64,000 bases of DNA, from NCBI GenBank assembly GCA_030656615.1, contig JAUSOY010000083.1, positions 58,966 to 122,965 of the forward strand, in the 5' to 3' direction. The position numbers and the translations under genes were made by a program. Numbering within the stretch: the stretch's first letter is position 1; each line of letters starts with the position of its first letter. Positions 27,404-35,830 of this stretch are shown piece after piece. Source of the stretch: Bacteroidales bacterium (GTDB lineage Bacteria; Bacteroidota; Bacteroidia; Bacteroidales; TTA-H9). The notes under the pieces were generated by a model, which saw nothing but the letters and a program-made list of their open reading frames with translations, searched no databases and was not told the origin of the DNA.

Positions 27404-28270
27404 ATGGAAAAAGAAAAGTTTGCTAAACCAATGTCAGGGTACATTGGTTTATTGATGGTGTTGGTTTTTATAGGCTTAGCTATTTTGTTAATATCGTTAA
27501 GGCCCGATAGTCCTTACTTTGTTGTAACTGGATTGCTGTCGGGTTTAATTGGTTTATTTACAATGGTAGGCTTTTTCGTGGTTAATCCAAACGAATCAAG
27601 TGTATTGGTTCTTTTTGGAGATTATGTAGGTACGGTGGTTGATAATGGTTTTTACTGGGCGAATCCATTCTATACAAAAAAGAGAATTTCGTTAAGAGCC
27701 CGTAATTTGAATAGTGAGCCTATTAAGGTAAACGACAAAATTGGCAATCCAATAATGATAGGCATCGTATTGGTTTGGCGTGTAAAGGACACCTTTAAAG
27801 CTGCTTTTGAAGTGGACGATTATACGCATTTTGTGAATATTCAGAGCGAAGCGGCAATCCGTAAATTGGCTGGTCATTATCCATATGATAATTTTGATGA
27901 TGAAATGGCTGAAATGACTTTGCGAAGCGGTGGTGAAGAAGTAAACGGAGTGTTGGAAGAAGAACTGACTGAACGCCTGGCAATGGCTGGAATTCAGGTT
28001 ATAGAATCCCGAATCGCATATTTGGCCTATGCTTCCGAAATCGCTGGGGCTATGTTACGTCGTCAGCAGGCAACAGCGATTGTTGCAGCTCGTTTTAAAA
28101 TTGTGGAAGGAGCCGTTAGTATGGTTGATATGGCTCTTGAACAATTGTCGGCGAAAAAGATTATAGATATGGACGAAGAGCGTAAGGCCACTATGGTGAG
28201 CAATCTTATGGTCGTATTATGCTCTGATAAGGATGCAACACCGGTCCTAAATACGGGTTCATTGTATTAG
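27404..28270 (+). CDS. SPFH/Band-7 domain membrane protein
   Basis: Two N-terminal TM helices followed by a prohibitin/stomatin-like SPFH core (...NLNSEPIKVNDKIGNPI...VWRV.D...) and a coiled-coil tail. Confidence 0.85.
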   Translation: MEKEKFAKPMSGYIGLLMVLVFIGLAILLISLRPDSPYFVVTGLLSGLIGLFTMVGFFVVNPNESSVLVLFGDYVGTVVDNGFYWANPFYTKKRISLRARNLNSEPIKVNDKIGNPIMIGIVLVWRVKDTFKAAFEVDDYTHFVNIQSEAAIRKLAGHYPYDNFDDEMAEMTLRSGGEEVNGVLEEELTERLAMAGIQVIESRIAYLAYASEIAGAMLRRQQATAIVAARFKIVEGAVSMVDMALEQLSAKKIIDMDEERKATMVSNLMVVLCSDKDATPVLNTGSLY

Positions 28271-28283
28271 AAAATGCTTTGCT

Positions 28284-28811
28284 ATGAGAATGTTGTTTGA
28301 AGAAACTCAAAAAAATCCACCCATTTATGCCCTGGGAGCTTTGGCTCCCGGGACATTAATTGTTTTTGGAGTTTTTGGGTATGGGATTTATCAACAAATT
28401 GGGCTGGGTAAACCCTGGGGTGATAAACCCATGAGTGACGATGCCTTGATTTTTGTCCCGATTTTTTTAATACTGGTAATGATTTCGGTATATATTCTTA
28501 TCACGCACATCAATTTAAAAACGATTATAAATCGTGATGGCATCGATTTTAGGCATTGGCCCAATTCAAAAAAGTGGATGCATATATCGAAAACAGAAAT
28601 TATTTCATGGGAAATGGTAAACTACAAGGCTATTCGGGAATTTGGCGGCCATGGTGCCATGAAAAGGAAGAAAAAAGAATCGTATACTATCCGAGGAACG
28701 TCGGGTTTACATTTAAAATTACATTCTGGACGTGAATTGCTGATAGGAACTCAACGATCTGAGGCAATGCGTTTGGCTATGAGTCGATTAATGAACCCGG
28801 AAAGTCTGTAA
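28284..28811 (+). CDS. hypothetical 2-TM protein with possible bacterial PH-like C-terminal domain
   Basis: Two TM helices, then a roughly 90-aa soluble domain (LKTIINRDGIDFRHWP...ISWEMV...TIRGTSGLHLKLHSGRELLIGT). The PH-like assignment is a guess from the strand pattern. Confidence 0.5.
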   Translation: MRMLFEETQKNPPIYALGALAPGTLIVFGVFGYGIYQQIGLGKPWGDKPMSDDALIFVPIFLILVMISVYILITHINLKTIINRDGIDFRHWPNSKKWMHISKTEIISWEMVNYKAIREFGGHGAMKRKKKESYTIRGTSGLHLKLHSGRELLIGTQRSEAMRLAMSRLMNPESL

Positions 28812-28814
28812 ATC

Positions 28815-29000
28815 ATGTCAAAAAAGAAGGCTTTTGTAATACGTGTTGATGAAGCGATGCTTCAAATGGTTGAAAAATGGGCGAATGATGAATTCCGCTC
28901 AGTAAATGGACAACTGGAATGGATTATTTCGCAGTCGCTGAAAAAGGCCGGTCGTATGAAAAAGGATAAGGAAGAACGGGGCACCGATCAGGAGAAGTAG
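28815..29000 (+). CDS. Arc-like ribbon-helix-helix DNA-binding protein
   Basis: 61 aa. The N-terminal beta-strand KAFVIRVDEAML and the helices ...EFRSVNGQLEWIISQSLKKAGRM closely parallel P22 Arc (...NGRSVNSEIYQRVMESFKKEGRI). Confidence 0.75.
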   Translation: MSKKKAFVIRVDEAMLQMVEKWANDEFRSVNGQLEWIISQSLKKAGRMKKDKEERGTDQEK

Positions 29001-29086
29001 CAGGTAATGAAAATTTGACATATATTATTTTTTATATACACGTCGTTTGATTCTGTATATCCGTTTCCTATTAAAGTAAAGCATAG

Positions 29087-29094
29087 TATCTTTG
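29087..29094 (+). promoter_or_regulatory. Bacteroidota -7 box TATCTTTG
   Basis: Perfect TAnnTTTG 17 nt upstream of the TTG start at 29112. Confidence 0.45.
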
Positions 29095-29111
29095 TCGCAA
29101 ATTATACTCGC

Positions 29112-30284
29112 TTGATTCCTCCACACACCAACCGATTTATCGCCAGAACTTTTGAAGGTCTGGAAGAAATACTTGCTGCTGAACTTCAGTCTTTGGGTGC
29201 CGAAAATCTTGAAATACAGCCACAAGCTGTTTCTTTTACAGGTAATCGTGAATTGCTTTATAAGGCCAATTACTTCTGCCGCCTGGCTTTAGACATCGTT
29301 ATTCCTGTGGCAGAATTTTCGGCCACGACTGATGATGAGCTATACGACAATATTAAAGCTATACCTTGGGATGGCTTTCTTACTTTCCGTGATTCCATCT
29401 CCATAGAGACGATTCTTTTCGATTCGAATTTTACGAACGAACGCTTCACGAGTTTTAGAGTTAAGGATGCCATCGTTGACTGGTTCAAAGCCAAATATAG
29501 TCGCCGCCCATCGGTAGATACCGAAAATCCGGATCTTTCTTTTAGTTTGTACATTGAAGGTGAAAAGTGCAAACTATTATTGGATACTTCCGGTGAACCT
29601 TTATTCAAAAGAGGTTACAGAAAGCAAACGGGTATGGCGCCACTTAACGAAATTCTGGCTGCTGGGCTTATAACGCTCTCAGGATGGAATGGCGAAATCA
29701 ATTTTGTAGATCCTTTTTGTGGCAGTGGAACGCTTTTAATTGAAGCAGCCATGATTGCTCAGAACATTCCCGGTGGACATTTCAGGAAACGTTTCGCATT
29801 TATGAACTGGCGTGATTTTGATCGTAATCTCTTTGAGGATATCAAAAGGGATGCTCGCCGGAAATTAAAAGTGCAGGATTGTGAAATTTTCGGTTCGGAT
29901 AATGCTCCCCTGATGATAAAAGCAGCTATGCAAAACATCAAAAATGCCGGTCTCGAAAATGATATAACCCTCAGACATGAAGATTTTCTGGATACTTCAT
30001 ATGAAGGGCCTGGTCTTATGCTTACCAATCCACCTTACGGAGAAAAAATAAAGGAGGAGATCATGCAGCTTTACAGGGCAATGGGCGGCGTATTACGACA
30101 TTCCTATCCTGGTTTCGAAACATGTATACTTACTGCCGAATTGCAGGCATTAAATGAGATGGGTCTCAAACCTGTAAAAGAAATGCTGATTGTTAACGGT
30201 GCTGTAGAATGTCATTTCAATTCTTATTTGCTTAATGGAGAAGGGGAATCAGTAGAGACAACAAGAGTAGATTCTGAACTCTAA
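29112..30284 (+). CDS. THUMP-domain class I SAM-dependent RNA methyltransferase (RlmL/RlmK N-terminal-like)
   Basis: FIARTFEGLEEILAAEL THUMP N-terminus, DPFCGSGT SAM motif and the NPPYG catalytic motif. The only available start is TTG. Confidence 0.85.
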   Translation: MIPPHTNRFIARTFEGLEEILAAELQSLGAENLEIQPQAVSFTGNRELLYKANYFCRLALDIVIPVAEFSATTDDELYDNIKAIPWDGFLTFRDSISIETILFDSNFTNERFTSFRVKDAIVDWFKAKYSRRPSVDTENPDLSFSLYIEGEKCKLLLDTSGEPLFKRGYRKQTGMAPLNEILAAGLITLSGWNGEINFVDPFCGSGTLLIEAAMIAQNIPGGHFRKRFAFMNWRDFDRNLFEDIKRDARRKLKVQDCEIFGSDNAPLMIKAAMQNIKNAGLENDITLRHEDFLDTSYEGPGLMLTNPPYGEKIKEEIMQLYRAMGGVLRHSYPGFETCILTAELQALNEMGLKPVKEMLIVNGAVECHFNSYLLNGEGESVETTRVDSEL

Positions 30285-30364
30285 ATAAATATTGTCCCTT
30301 TTTCATTTCGGCTTGCCTGCTTTGAGTCAAAAATTACGAGATTTGCATTAATCTCTTGCTTATC

Positions 30365-32839
30365 ATGATGGATCAACGTACGTATTTTGCCGAAGTGATT
30401 TTACCCCTACCTCTGCCTGGTACCTTTACTTACCGGATTCCGGTGGCTTTACAGTATGATGTAATTCCTGGTATTCGGGTAGTAGTTCAGTTTGGTAAGC
30501 AAAAGATATACACCGGATTGGTTTTATCGATTCATGAAAATGCACCGCAGAAATATGCAGCAAAGTATGTACTTTCTGTATTGGACGATGTTAAGCCTTT
30601 GCCAGAAACCTACTTACAATTTTTGTCCTGGGTGGCCTCGTATTATATGTGCAATCCGGGTGATGTACTTCAGGCAGCATTGCCTTCCGCTTTAAAGCTT
30701 GCTTCAGAAACACGCCTGGTTTTAAATCCTTCCTGGGATAAAAATTATGATTTACTGAACGAAAAAGAACATCTGATTGCAGATGCGCTTAGTATACAGG
30801 ATGTTATCAGTATTAATGATGCGGCACGTATTGTAGACCAGATTAAAGTAGTACCGCTGATTCGTTCATTGATTGTAAAAAATGTTGTAGTTCTCGAGGA
30901 AGAACTTCACGAAAAATATAAACCGCTTTCCGATATCTTTGTTAGCCTTCATCCTCAATATTATTCGGATGAATCGATTAATGAATTGTTTACGAAAGTT
31001 GGTAAACGCTCTGAAAAACAGAGTGATTTATTGATGGTATATCTTAGTAATTGTCAGGGATTTGAGGAAATCAGGCGAAAAACACTTCTTTCCAAATCAA
31101 AAGCGGAAAGTGTTCAGCTAAATACATTGATTAAAAAGGGAATATTCAGGGCTCAGGAACGCCTCGTCAGTCGTTTTGAAGACAAAGGAAACAATTTTGA
31201 ATTACCTATCCTGAGCGAAGCACAACAGAAATCGCTTGAGGCTATATTGAAGAATCAGGAAATTCATGTGGTTAATTTATTGCATGGAGTAACTTCCAGT
31301 GGGAAAACGGAGATTTATATTCATCTTATCGACAGCGTATTAAAATCTGGCGGACAAGTTCTGTATTTATTGCCTGAAATTGCGCTCACTACCCAAATTA
31401 TTCAGCGTATCCGCAAGTTTTTTGGAAGCAGGGCGGGTGTATATCATTCGAAATATAATGATCAGGAGAGGGCAGAAGTGTGGTTGCGATGCAGTGGCAA
31501 CGGTGGTCTTGATTTTCCGGCAATTGATTTGGTTTTAGGTGCCCGTTCTTCTTTATTTCTTCCATTCACAAATCTGAAGCTTATCATTGTAGACGAGGAA
31601 CATGATGCATCGTATAAGCAATTCGATCCTGCTCCCCGATATCATGCCCGGGATTCGGCAATTTATTTGGCTCATTTATGCGGTGCTCAGGTGATTCTTG
31701 GATCAGCCACACCATCCATCGAAAGCTACTATAACGCCAGTCACCAGAAGTATGGATTGATTAAACTTTCAGAACGGTTTGGTGGTGTTATGCTTCCCGA
31801 AATTCAGGTGGCCGATGTTAAGGAAGAACGTTTGCGAAAGAATATGAAAAGCCATTTCGCTCCTCTTTTATTTGACCAGATTACCGCTGCTTTGGGCAGA
31901 GGTGAGCAAATCATATTATTTCAGAATCGTCGCGGATTTGCTCCCCGTCTCGAATGTGAGCGCTGTGGATACGTACCGGAATGTGTTCAGTGCGATGTTT
32001 CATTGGTGTATCATAAAGGCATTAATAAATTGAAATGTCATTACTGCGGTTATACGGATGAATTTCCTTCGGTGTGTCCTCAATGTAGTTCACCAGCCAT
32101 GCGTCTACAGGGTTTTGGTACTGAAAAAATTGAAGATGAATTATCGATAATGTTTCCAAAAGCCCGTATTGGTCGAATGGATTATGATTCTACCCGAAGT
32201 AAATATGCTTACCAAAATATTATCAGCGATTTTGAAGACAGGGAAATTGATATTTTGGTGGGTACTCAAATGGTAACGAAAGGGCTTGATTTTGATAATG
32301 TTGGGTTGGTAGGTGTGGTTAATGCCGATCAAATGATTTCTTTTCCTGATTTTCGATCGTTCGAAAGAGCATACCAAATGCTTGCTCAAGTAAGTGGCAG
32401 GGCAGGACGAAAAAGTAAAAGGGGACTTGTAGTCGTTCAAACGACGCATCCATACCACGAAGCCATACGAAATGTTATTGATAATGATTATGATGCGATG
32501 TATAATTCGCAGATTATCGATAGAAACAGTCATAAGTATCCACCTTTTACACGGCTGATTCGTATTGAATTGAAGCAAAAAGACCGGGTATTGCTGGCTT
32601 CAGGGGCCGATGTTTTTGCCAGCGAATTGCGAAAAAGATTCGGAAGCGCAGTTTTGGGTCCCGAATTTCCTTTGGTAATGAGAGTTCAGAATTATTACAT
32701 CATGCAATTACTTATTAAAATACCCCGTGGAAGTGTTTTGCAGGAAGTCAAGAATAGCATTATTGGTGCCTCGGATGTAATTACCCGTTCTGAAAAATAC
32801 AGGAGTATTCGTATAGTTTATGACGTTGATCCTCAGTAA
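30365..32839 (+). CDS. priA: primosomal replication protein N' (helicase PriA)
   Basis: YAEVILPLPL N-terminus, Walker A GVTSSGKTE, DEEHD box and a Cys-rich zinc region (CERCGY...C.QCD...CHYCG...CPQC). Confidence 0.95.
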   Translation: MMDQRTYFAEVILPLPLPGTFTYRIPVALQYDVIPGIRVVVQFGKQKIYTGLVLSIHENAPQKYAAKYVLSVLDDVKPLPETYLQFLSWVASYYMCNPGDVLQAALPSALKLASETRLVLNPSWDKNYDLLNEKEHLIADALSIQDVISINDAARIVDQIKVVPLIRSLIVKNVVVLEEELHEKYKPLSDIFVSLHPQYYSDESINELFTKVGKRSEKQSDLLMVYLSNCQGFEEIRRKTLLSKSKAESVQLNTLIKKGIFRAQERLVSRFEDKGNNFELPILSEAQQKSLEAILKNQEIHVVNLLHGVTSSGKTEIYIHLIDSVLKSGGQVLYLLPEIALTTQIIQRIRKFFGSRAGVYHSKYNDQERAEVWLRCSGNGGLDFPAIDLVLGARSSLFLPFTNLKLIIVDEEHDASYKQFDPAPRYHARDSAIYLAHLCGAQVILGSATPSIESYYNASHQKYGLIKLSERFGGVMLPEIQVADVKEERLRKNMKSHFAPLLFDQITAALGRGEQIILFQNRRGFAPRLECERCGYVPECVQCDVSLVYHKGINKLKCHYCGYTDEFPSVCPQCSSPAMRLQGFGTEKIEDELSIMFPKARIGRMDYDSTRSKYAYQNIISDFEDREIDILVGTQMVTKGLDFDNVGLVGVVNADQMISFPDFRSFERAYQMLAQVSGRAGRKSKRGLVVVQTTHPYHEAIRNVIDNDYDAMYNSQIIDRNSHKYPPFTRLIRIELKQKDRVLLASGADVFASELRKRFGSAVLGPEFPLVMRVQNYYIMQLLIKIPRGSVLQEVKNSIIGASDVITRSEKYRSIRIVYDVDPQ

Positions 32840-32841
32840 AC

Positions 32842-33150
32842 TTATTCGGTGATAACGAATAGAAAAATATCTTCATTCTGACGTTTCATCAGATAGTTTT
32901 CCCGGGCAAATTTTTCGAGTTTATCCGGACTTCCTAATAGATTGCTTAGTGCATCGCGATAATAAATTATCTCTTTGTTATAAAATGCTTTTTCGGCTTT
33001 TAGTTTTCTAAGTTCCAGATTGGTATGGGTTTGATTCCACAAGCTATTCCTGTCAAGAAAGCCAACGTAAATAACAAAGACAACGATTGCAATGGCAAAA
33101 CGGTTTTTTAAAAAACCAGGAATCCGCTGTAAAATATTTTTTGCTTTCAT
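32842..33150 (-). CDS. septum formation initiator (FtsB/DivIC-like)
   Basis: 102 aa with an N-terminal TM, a coiled coil (LELRKLKAEKAFYNKEI) and the C-terminal block LEKFARENYLMKRQNEDIF. Confidence 0.7.
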   Translation of the reverse strand: MKAKNILQRIPGFLKNRFAIAIVVFVIYVGFLDRNSLWNQTHTNLELRKLKAEKAFYNKEIIYYRDALSNLLGSPDKLEKFARENYLMKRQNEDIFLFVITE

Positions 33151-33190
33151 GATGGCTGTTTTAATGTATTAAAATTGAATCAGATATCGT

Positions 33191-33751
33191 CTAAAGTTCG
33201 AGTTGATCGTGTATCTCAAGCATGGCTTCCATGGCTATCCGGGTAAAATCTTCAATATTGATGTCGATCGTTTCGCATTCCATTATGGTGTCACGATTTA
33301 CGGAGGCTGCAAAAGCTTTTTCTTTCATCCGCTTGACGACCGATTTTGTTTTTACGGAAGCCAGTTTTTTGTCGGGATATACCAATGTAGTGGCTGTAAT
33401 TAACCCGGTGATGGTTTCTCCGGCAGCCAGTGCGTGCTGAAATCGTGTACTTCTGACTTTTTCAGTGGCCATTTCGTTATGCATGCCAATGGCATCCACC
33501 AATCCTTCATCCAATCCCATTTCAGCTAACCATGAAGCTCCGGTTATTCCGTGAATTTTAGGGTCGGATTGAGTGTGCTCAACATCAATATCATGCAATA
33601 ATCCAGCCTGCGCCCATATTGCTTCGTCCTCTCCAAAATGCCTGGCAAGTTTTCTCATAACTGCTTCTGATGCCAGGCTGTGTTGTATCATTTTTGGATT
33701 TTTAACATGCTGATGCAGGAGTTCTAGGGCATTGTTGCGTTCGAGTATCAT
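33191..33751 (-). CDS. HD/HDIG-domain phosphohydrolase
   Basis: H...HD metal-binding pattern (IQHSLA...AGLLHDID) in a 186-aa stand-alone HD protein. Confidence 0.75.
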   Translation of the reverse strand: MILERNNALELLHQHVKNPKMIQHSLASEAVMRKLARHFGEDEAIWAQAGLLHDIDVEHTQSDPKIHGITGASWLAEMGLDEGLVDAIGMHNEMATEKVRSTRFQHALAAGETITGLITATTLVYPDKKLASVKTKSVVKRMKEKAFAASVNRDTIMECETIDINIEDFTRIAMEAMLEIHDQLEL

Positions 33752-33753
33752 TA

Positions 33754-34224
33754 TTAGAGTTGTTCTTTATTTAATTTACAATTGATCCATTCAGGATCTA
33801 AGGCGGCAGAAATTTTATTGTAAAATTGTATTGCCGGGTCATTCCATTCCAGTACCTGCCATTGCAGTCGTGCTGCACCAAAATCTTTGGCTCTTTTTCT
33901 TACGGTTTCAAAAAGTGCGGCGCCAATTCCCATCCGTCGGTATTCTTGTTTAACGATGATGTCTTCGAGATAAAATACACGTCCTTTCCAGGTTGAATAA
34001 GCCTTGTAACAAAAAGCCATTCCAAGAATATCGTTTTCATTTTCAGCGATAAAGACCTCAAAAAGTGGATTTTTCCCAAAACCATCCTCTTTTAATTGAT
34101 CGGCACGAATGCTTACCTCATCAACGGCTTTTTCATACGCCGCCAATTCGGTAATCATTGTAATGATTTCAGGTATATCTTCTATTTGTGCCGATCGGAT
34201 TTGCATAACATCAGTGTTTATCAA
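33754..34224 (-). CDS. GNAT family N-acetyltransferase
   Basis: Acetyl-CoA-binding motif A QEYRRMGIGAALF. The alternative start ATG 34206 (MQIRSAQIEDI) would remove the 14-nt overlap with the upstream gene. Confidence 0.8.
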   Translation of the reverse strand: MINTDVMQIRSAQIEDIPEIITMITELAAYEKAVDEVSIRADQLKEDGFGKNPLFEVFIAENENDILGMAFCYKAYSTWKGRVFYLEDIIVKQEYRRMGIGAALFETVRKRAKDFGAARLQWQVLEWNDPAIQFYNKISAALDPEWINCKLNKEQL

Positions 34225-34714
34225 GACCTTGAAGCATGTAGAACGTGTGCTCCAGAATTTTGAAAATCTCCGAACAGTATTCTGTTACAGCTTTCGGGCT
34301 TCCCGGTAGTGTAAAAACAAGGCTCTGATCAATTACACCGGCAACTGCTCTGCTGAGAAGTGCCGCCGGTTTTACCTGACCATAGGTATAGCGGATATAT
34401 TCCATAATACCTGGTATTTCTTTGTGAAGCATCGGTTTGATTACATCTACCGTGATATCTCTGGGGCCTATTCCAGTTCCGCCCGTGGTAAAGATCAAGT
34501 CTGTTTTTTGCTGCAAAGCCTCTTTAATTTGAGTTTTTAGGCTGGCAACATCATCCTTAATGATACAACTGTCAATATCGGCCTTCCAGCCTATCTTTTC
34601 AAAAAAGGAAAGAGTGAGTCGAACAATTTCAGGTCCGCTCAAATCCTGATAGGTTCCTGCAGCTGCGCGGTCGCTCAGGGTTATTACCTTGATTTTGTAT
34701 ATTTTACTACTCAT
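34211..34714 (-). CDS. MogA/MoaB-family molybdenum cofactor biosynthesis protein
   Basis: LSDRAA...TTGGTGIGPRDITVD and the PGSPKA motif, which are typical of the MogA/MoaB fold. Confidence 0.85.
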   Translation of the reverse strand: MSSKIYKIKVITLSDRAAAGTYQDLSGPEIVRLTLSFFEKIGWKADIDSCIIKDDVASLKTQIKEALQQKTDLIFTTGGTGIGPRDITVDVIKPMLHKEIPGIMEYIRYTYGQVKPAALLSRAVAGVIDQSLVFTLPGSPKAVTEYCSEIFKILEHTFYMLQGLDKH

Positions 34715-35168
34715 TGTTTGGCAAATTTATCGGCTGGTACCAGAGTTTGTCACCAGCTTTCAAGACTCCACCACTGATGACCCGTGCGAAAATTCCTTCT
34801 TTGGGCATAACACAATTGCCTACTTCTTTGAAGATTTCACAATTACTGCCATGGCATGACTTACCTATTTGGGTAACTTCCAGACGTATCGTCTCATTAT
34901 AAAACAAATCACCTGGTTTGCAGTCTTTAAGTTCAAGACCCTGAGTGCTTATGTTTTCGGCAAATTCGCCGAAGTTAATTTTTCTGTTCATCGAAACCTC
35001 AAAACGACTGATACTTTCAGCTGCCAGCAGACTCAATTGCCGATGCCAGTCTCCGGCATGTGCATCATTTTCCACACCTTTTTCGTTAAGAATAATGTGG
35101 TCAACAGGTTTTTTAATGGTGCCTTTTTCTTCAGATATATTGACAGCGAGTACTACTATTTCTTTCAT
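34707..35168 (-). CDS. MOSC-domain protein
   Basis: 153-aa beta-barrel-like sequence with GENI.TQGL....PGD......RLEVTQIGK.CH, typical of small stand-alone MOSC proteins. Overlaps the MogA-like gene by 8 nt. Confidence 0.7.
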   Translation of the reverse strand: MKEIVVLAVNISEEKGTIKKPVDHIILNEKGVENDAHAGDWHRQLSLLAAESISRFEVSMNRKINFGEFAENISTQGLELKDCKPGDLFYNETIRLEVTQIGKSCHGSNCEIFKEVGNCVMPKEGIFARVISGGVLKAGDKLWYQPINLPNNE

Positions 35169-35274
35169 CGGCTTGATTTGTAGGTTGAAACTTCATTCGT
35201 ATCCCTTGGCAGCAAAAGGTGCAATTCAGGTATTAGTAATGAATGTTTCATGTTTATAAATGGGTAATTATGGG

Positions 35275-35301
35275 AAAAACAGTACTGAAAGCACTGTTTT
35301 T
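35275..35301 (-). terminator. possible (weak, A/T-rich) bidirectional terminator after the GatB/YqeY gene
   Basis: 9-bp stem AAAAACAGT / ACTGTTTTT with a 9-nt loop, 31 nt downstream of the stop at 35332. Confidence 0.35.
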
Positions 35302-35331
35302 CAACATTTTAGAATATTTTGAAACGCTGAA

Positions 35332-35787
35332 TCAAATGCCAAGCAATTGTTTAATGATTTCCGATATACTTTTATTGTCTGCTTTACCGGCAAGTTCTTT
35401 GGTCGCAATGCCCATAACTTTTCCCATATCTTTAATACTTGAGGCTCCGGTTTGAACAATTATTTTTTCAACCGTGGTTTTAATTTCTTCCGGTGAAAGC
35501 TGTTGAGGAAGATAGGCTTCGATGATGGAAAGCTGAAATAACTCATCATCCGCAAGATCTTGTCTGTTTTGTTGGATGAATATCTCTGCTGAATCGCGCC
35601 TTTGTTTTACCAGCTTATGGATTAGTTTCATCTCAACTTCTTCCGGAATTTCTCCTCCACTGGTATCTTTTCCTGTTTTTTCGAGTAATAAGCCAGCTTT
35701 AATGGCACGTAATGCCTCAAGCTTGCGTTTGTCTTTCGCAAGCATAGCCGACTTGATATCGTTATTTATTAAAATTTCGAGTGACAT
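35332..35787 (-). CDS. GatB/YqeY domain protein
   Basis: The whole length matches the YqeY pattern (I..D.K.AM.AKDK..L..LR.IK...L...). Confidence 0.85.
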   Translation of the reverse strand: MSLEILINNDIKSAMLAKDKRKLEALRAIKAGLLLEKTGKDTSGGEIPEEVEMKLIHKLVKQRRDSAEIFIQQNRQDLADDELFQLSIIEAYLPQQLSPEEIKTTVEKIIVQTGASSIKDMGKVMGIATKELAGKADNKSISEIIKQLLGI

Positions 35788-35809
35788 ATCGTGTTATTTT
35801 TTGCAATCG

Positions 35810-35817
35810 CAAAGGTA
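35810..35817 (-). promoter_or_regulatory. Bacteroidota -7 box TACCTTTG
   Basis: The plus strand reads CAAAGGTA, a perfect TAnnTTTG on the minus strand, 22 nt upstream of the ATG at 35787. Confidence 0.45.
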
Positions 35818-35830
35818 CGATCATCTTTTT

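Noticed and set aside
29025-29225. 66-aa minus-strand ORF spanning the THUMP-methyltransferase promoter and start.
   Set aside because: It overlaps the -7 box and the 5' end of a well-supported gene, and its translation is basic and low-complexity. It is judged spurious.
35169-35274. Possible molybdenum-cofactor riboswitch upstream of the MOSC-MogA genes.
   Set aside because: I could not find the conserved Moco-RNA core elements or a convincing multi-stem structure by eye. The region is short and A/T-rich.
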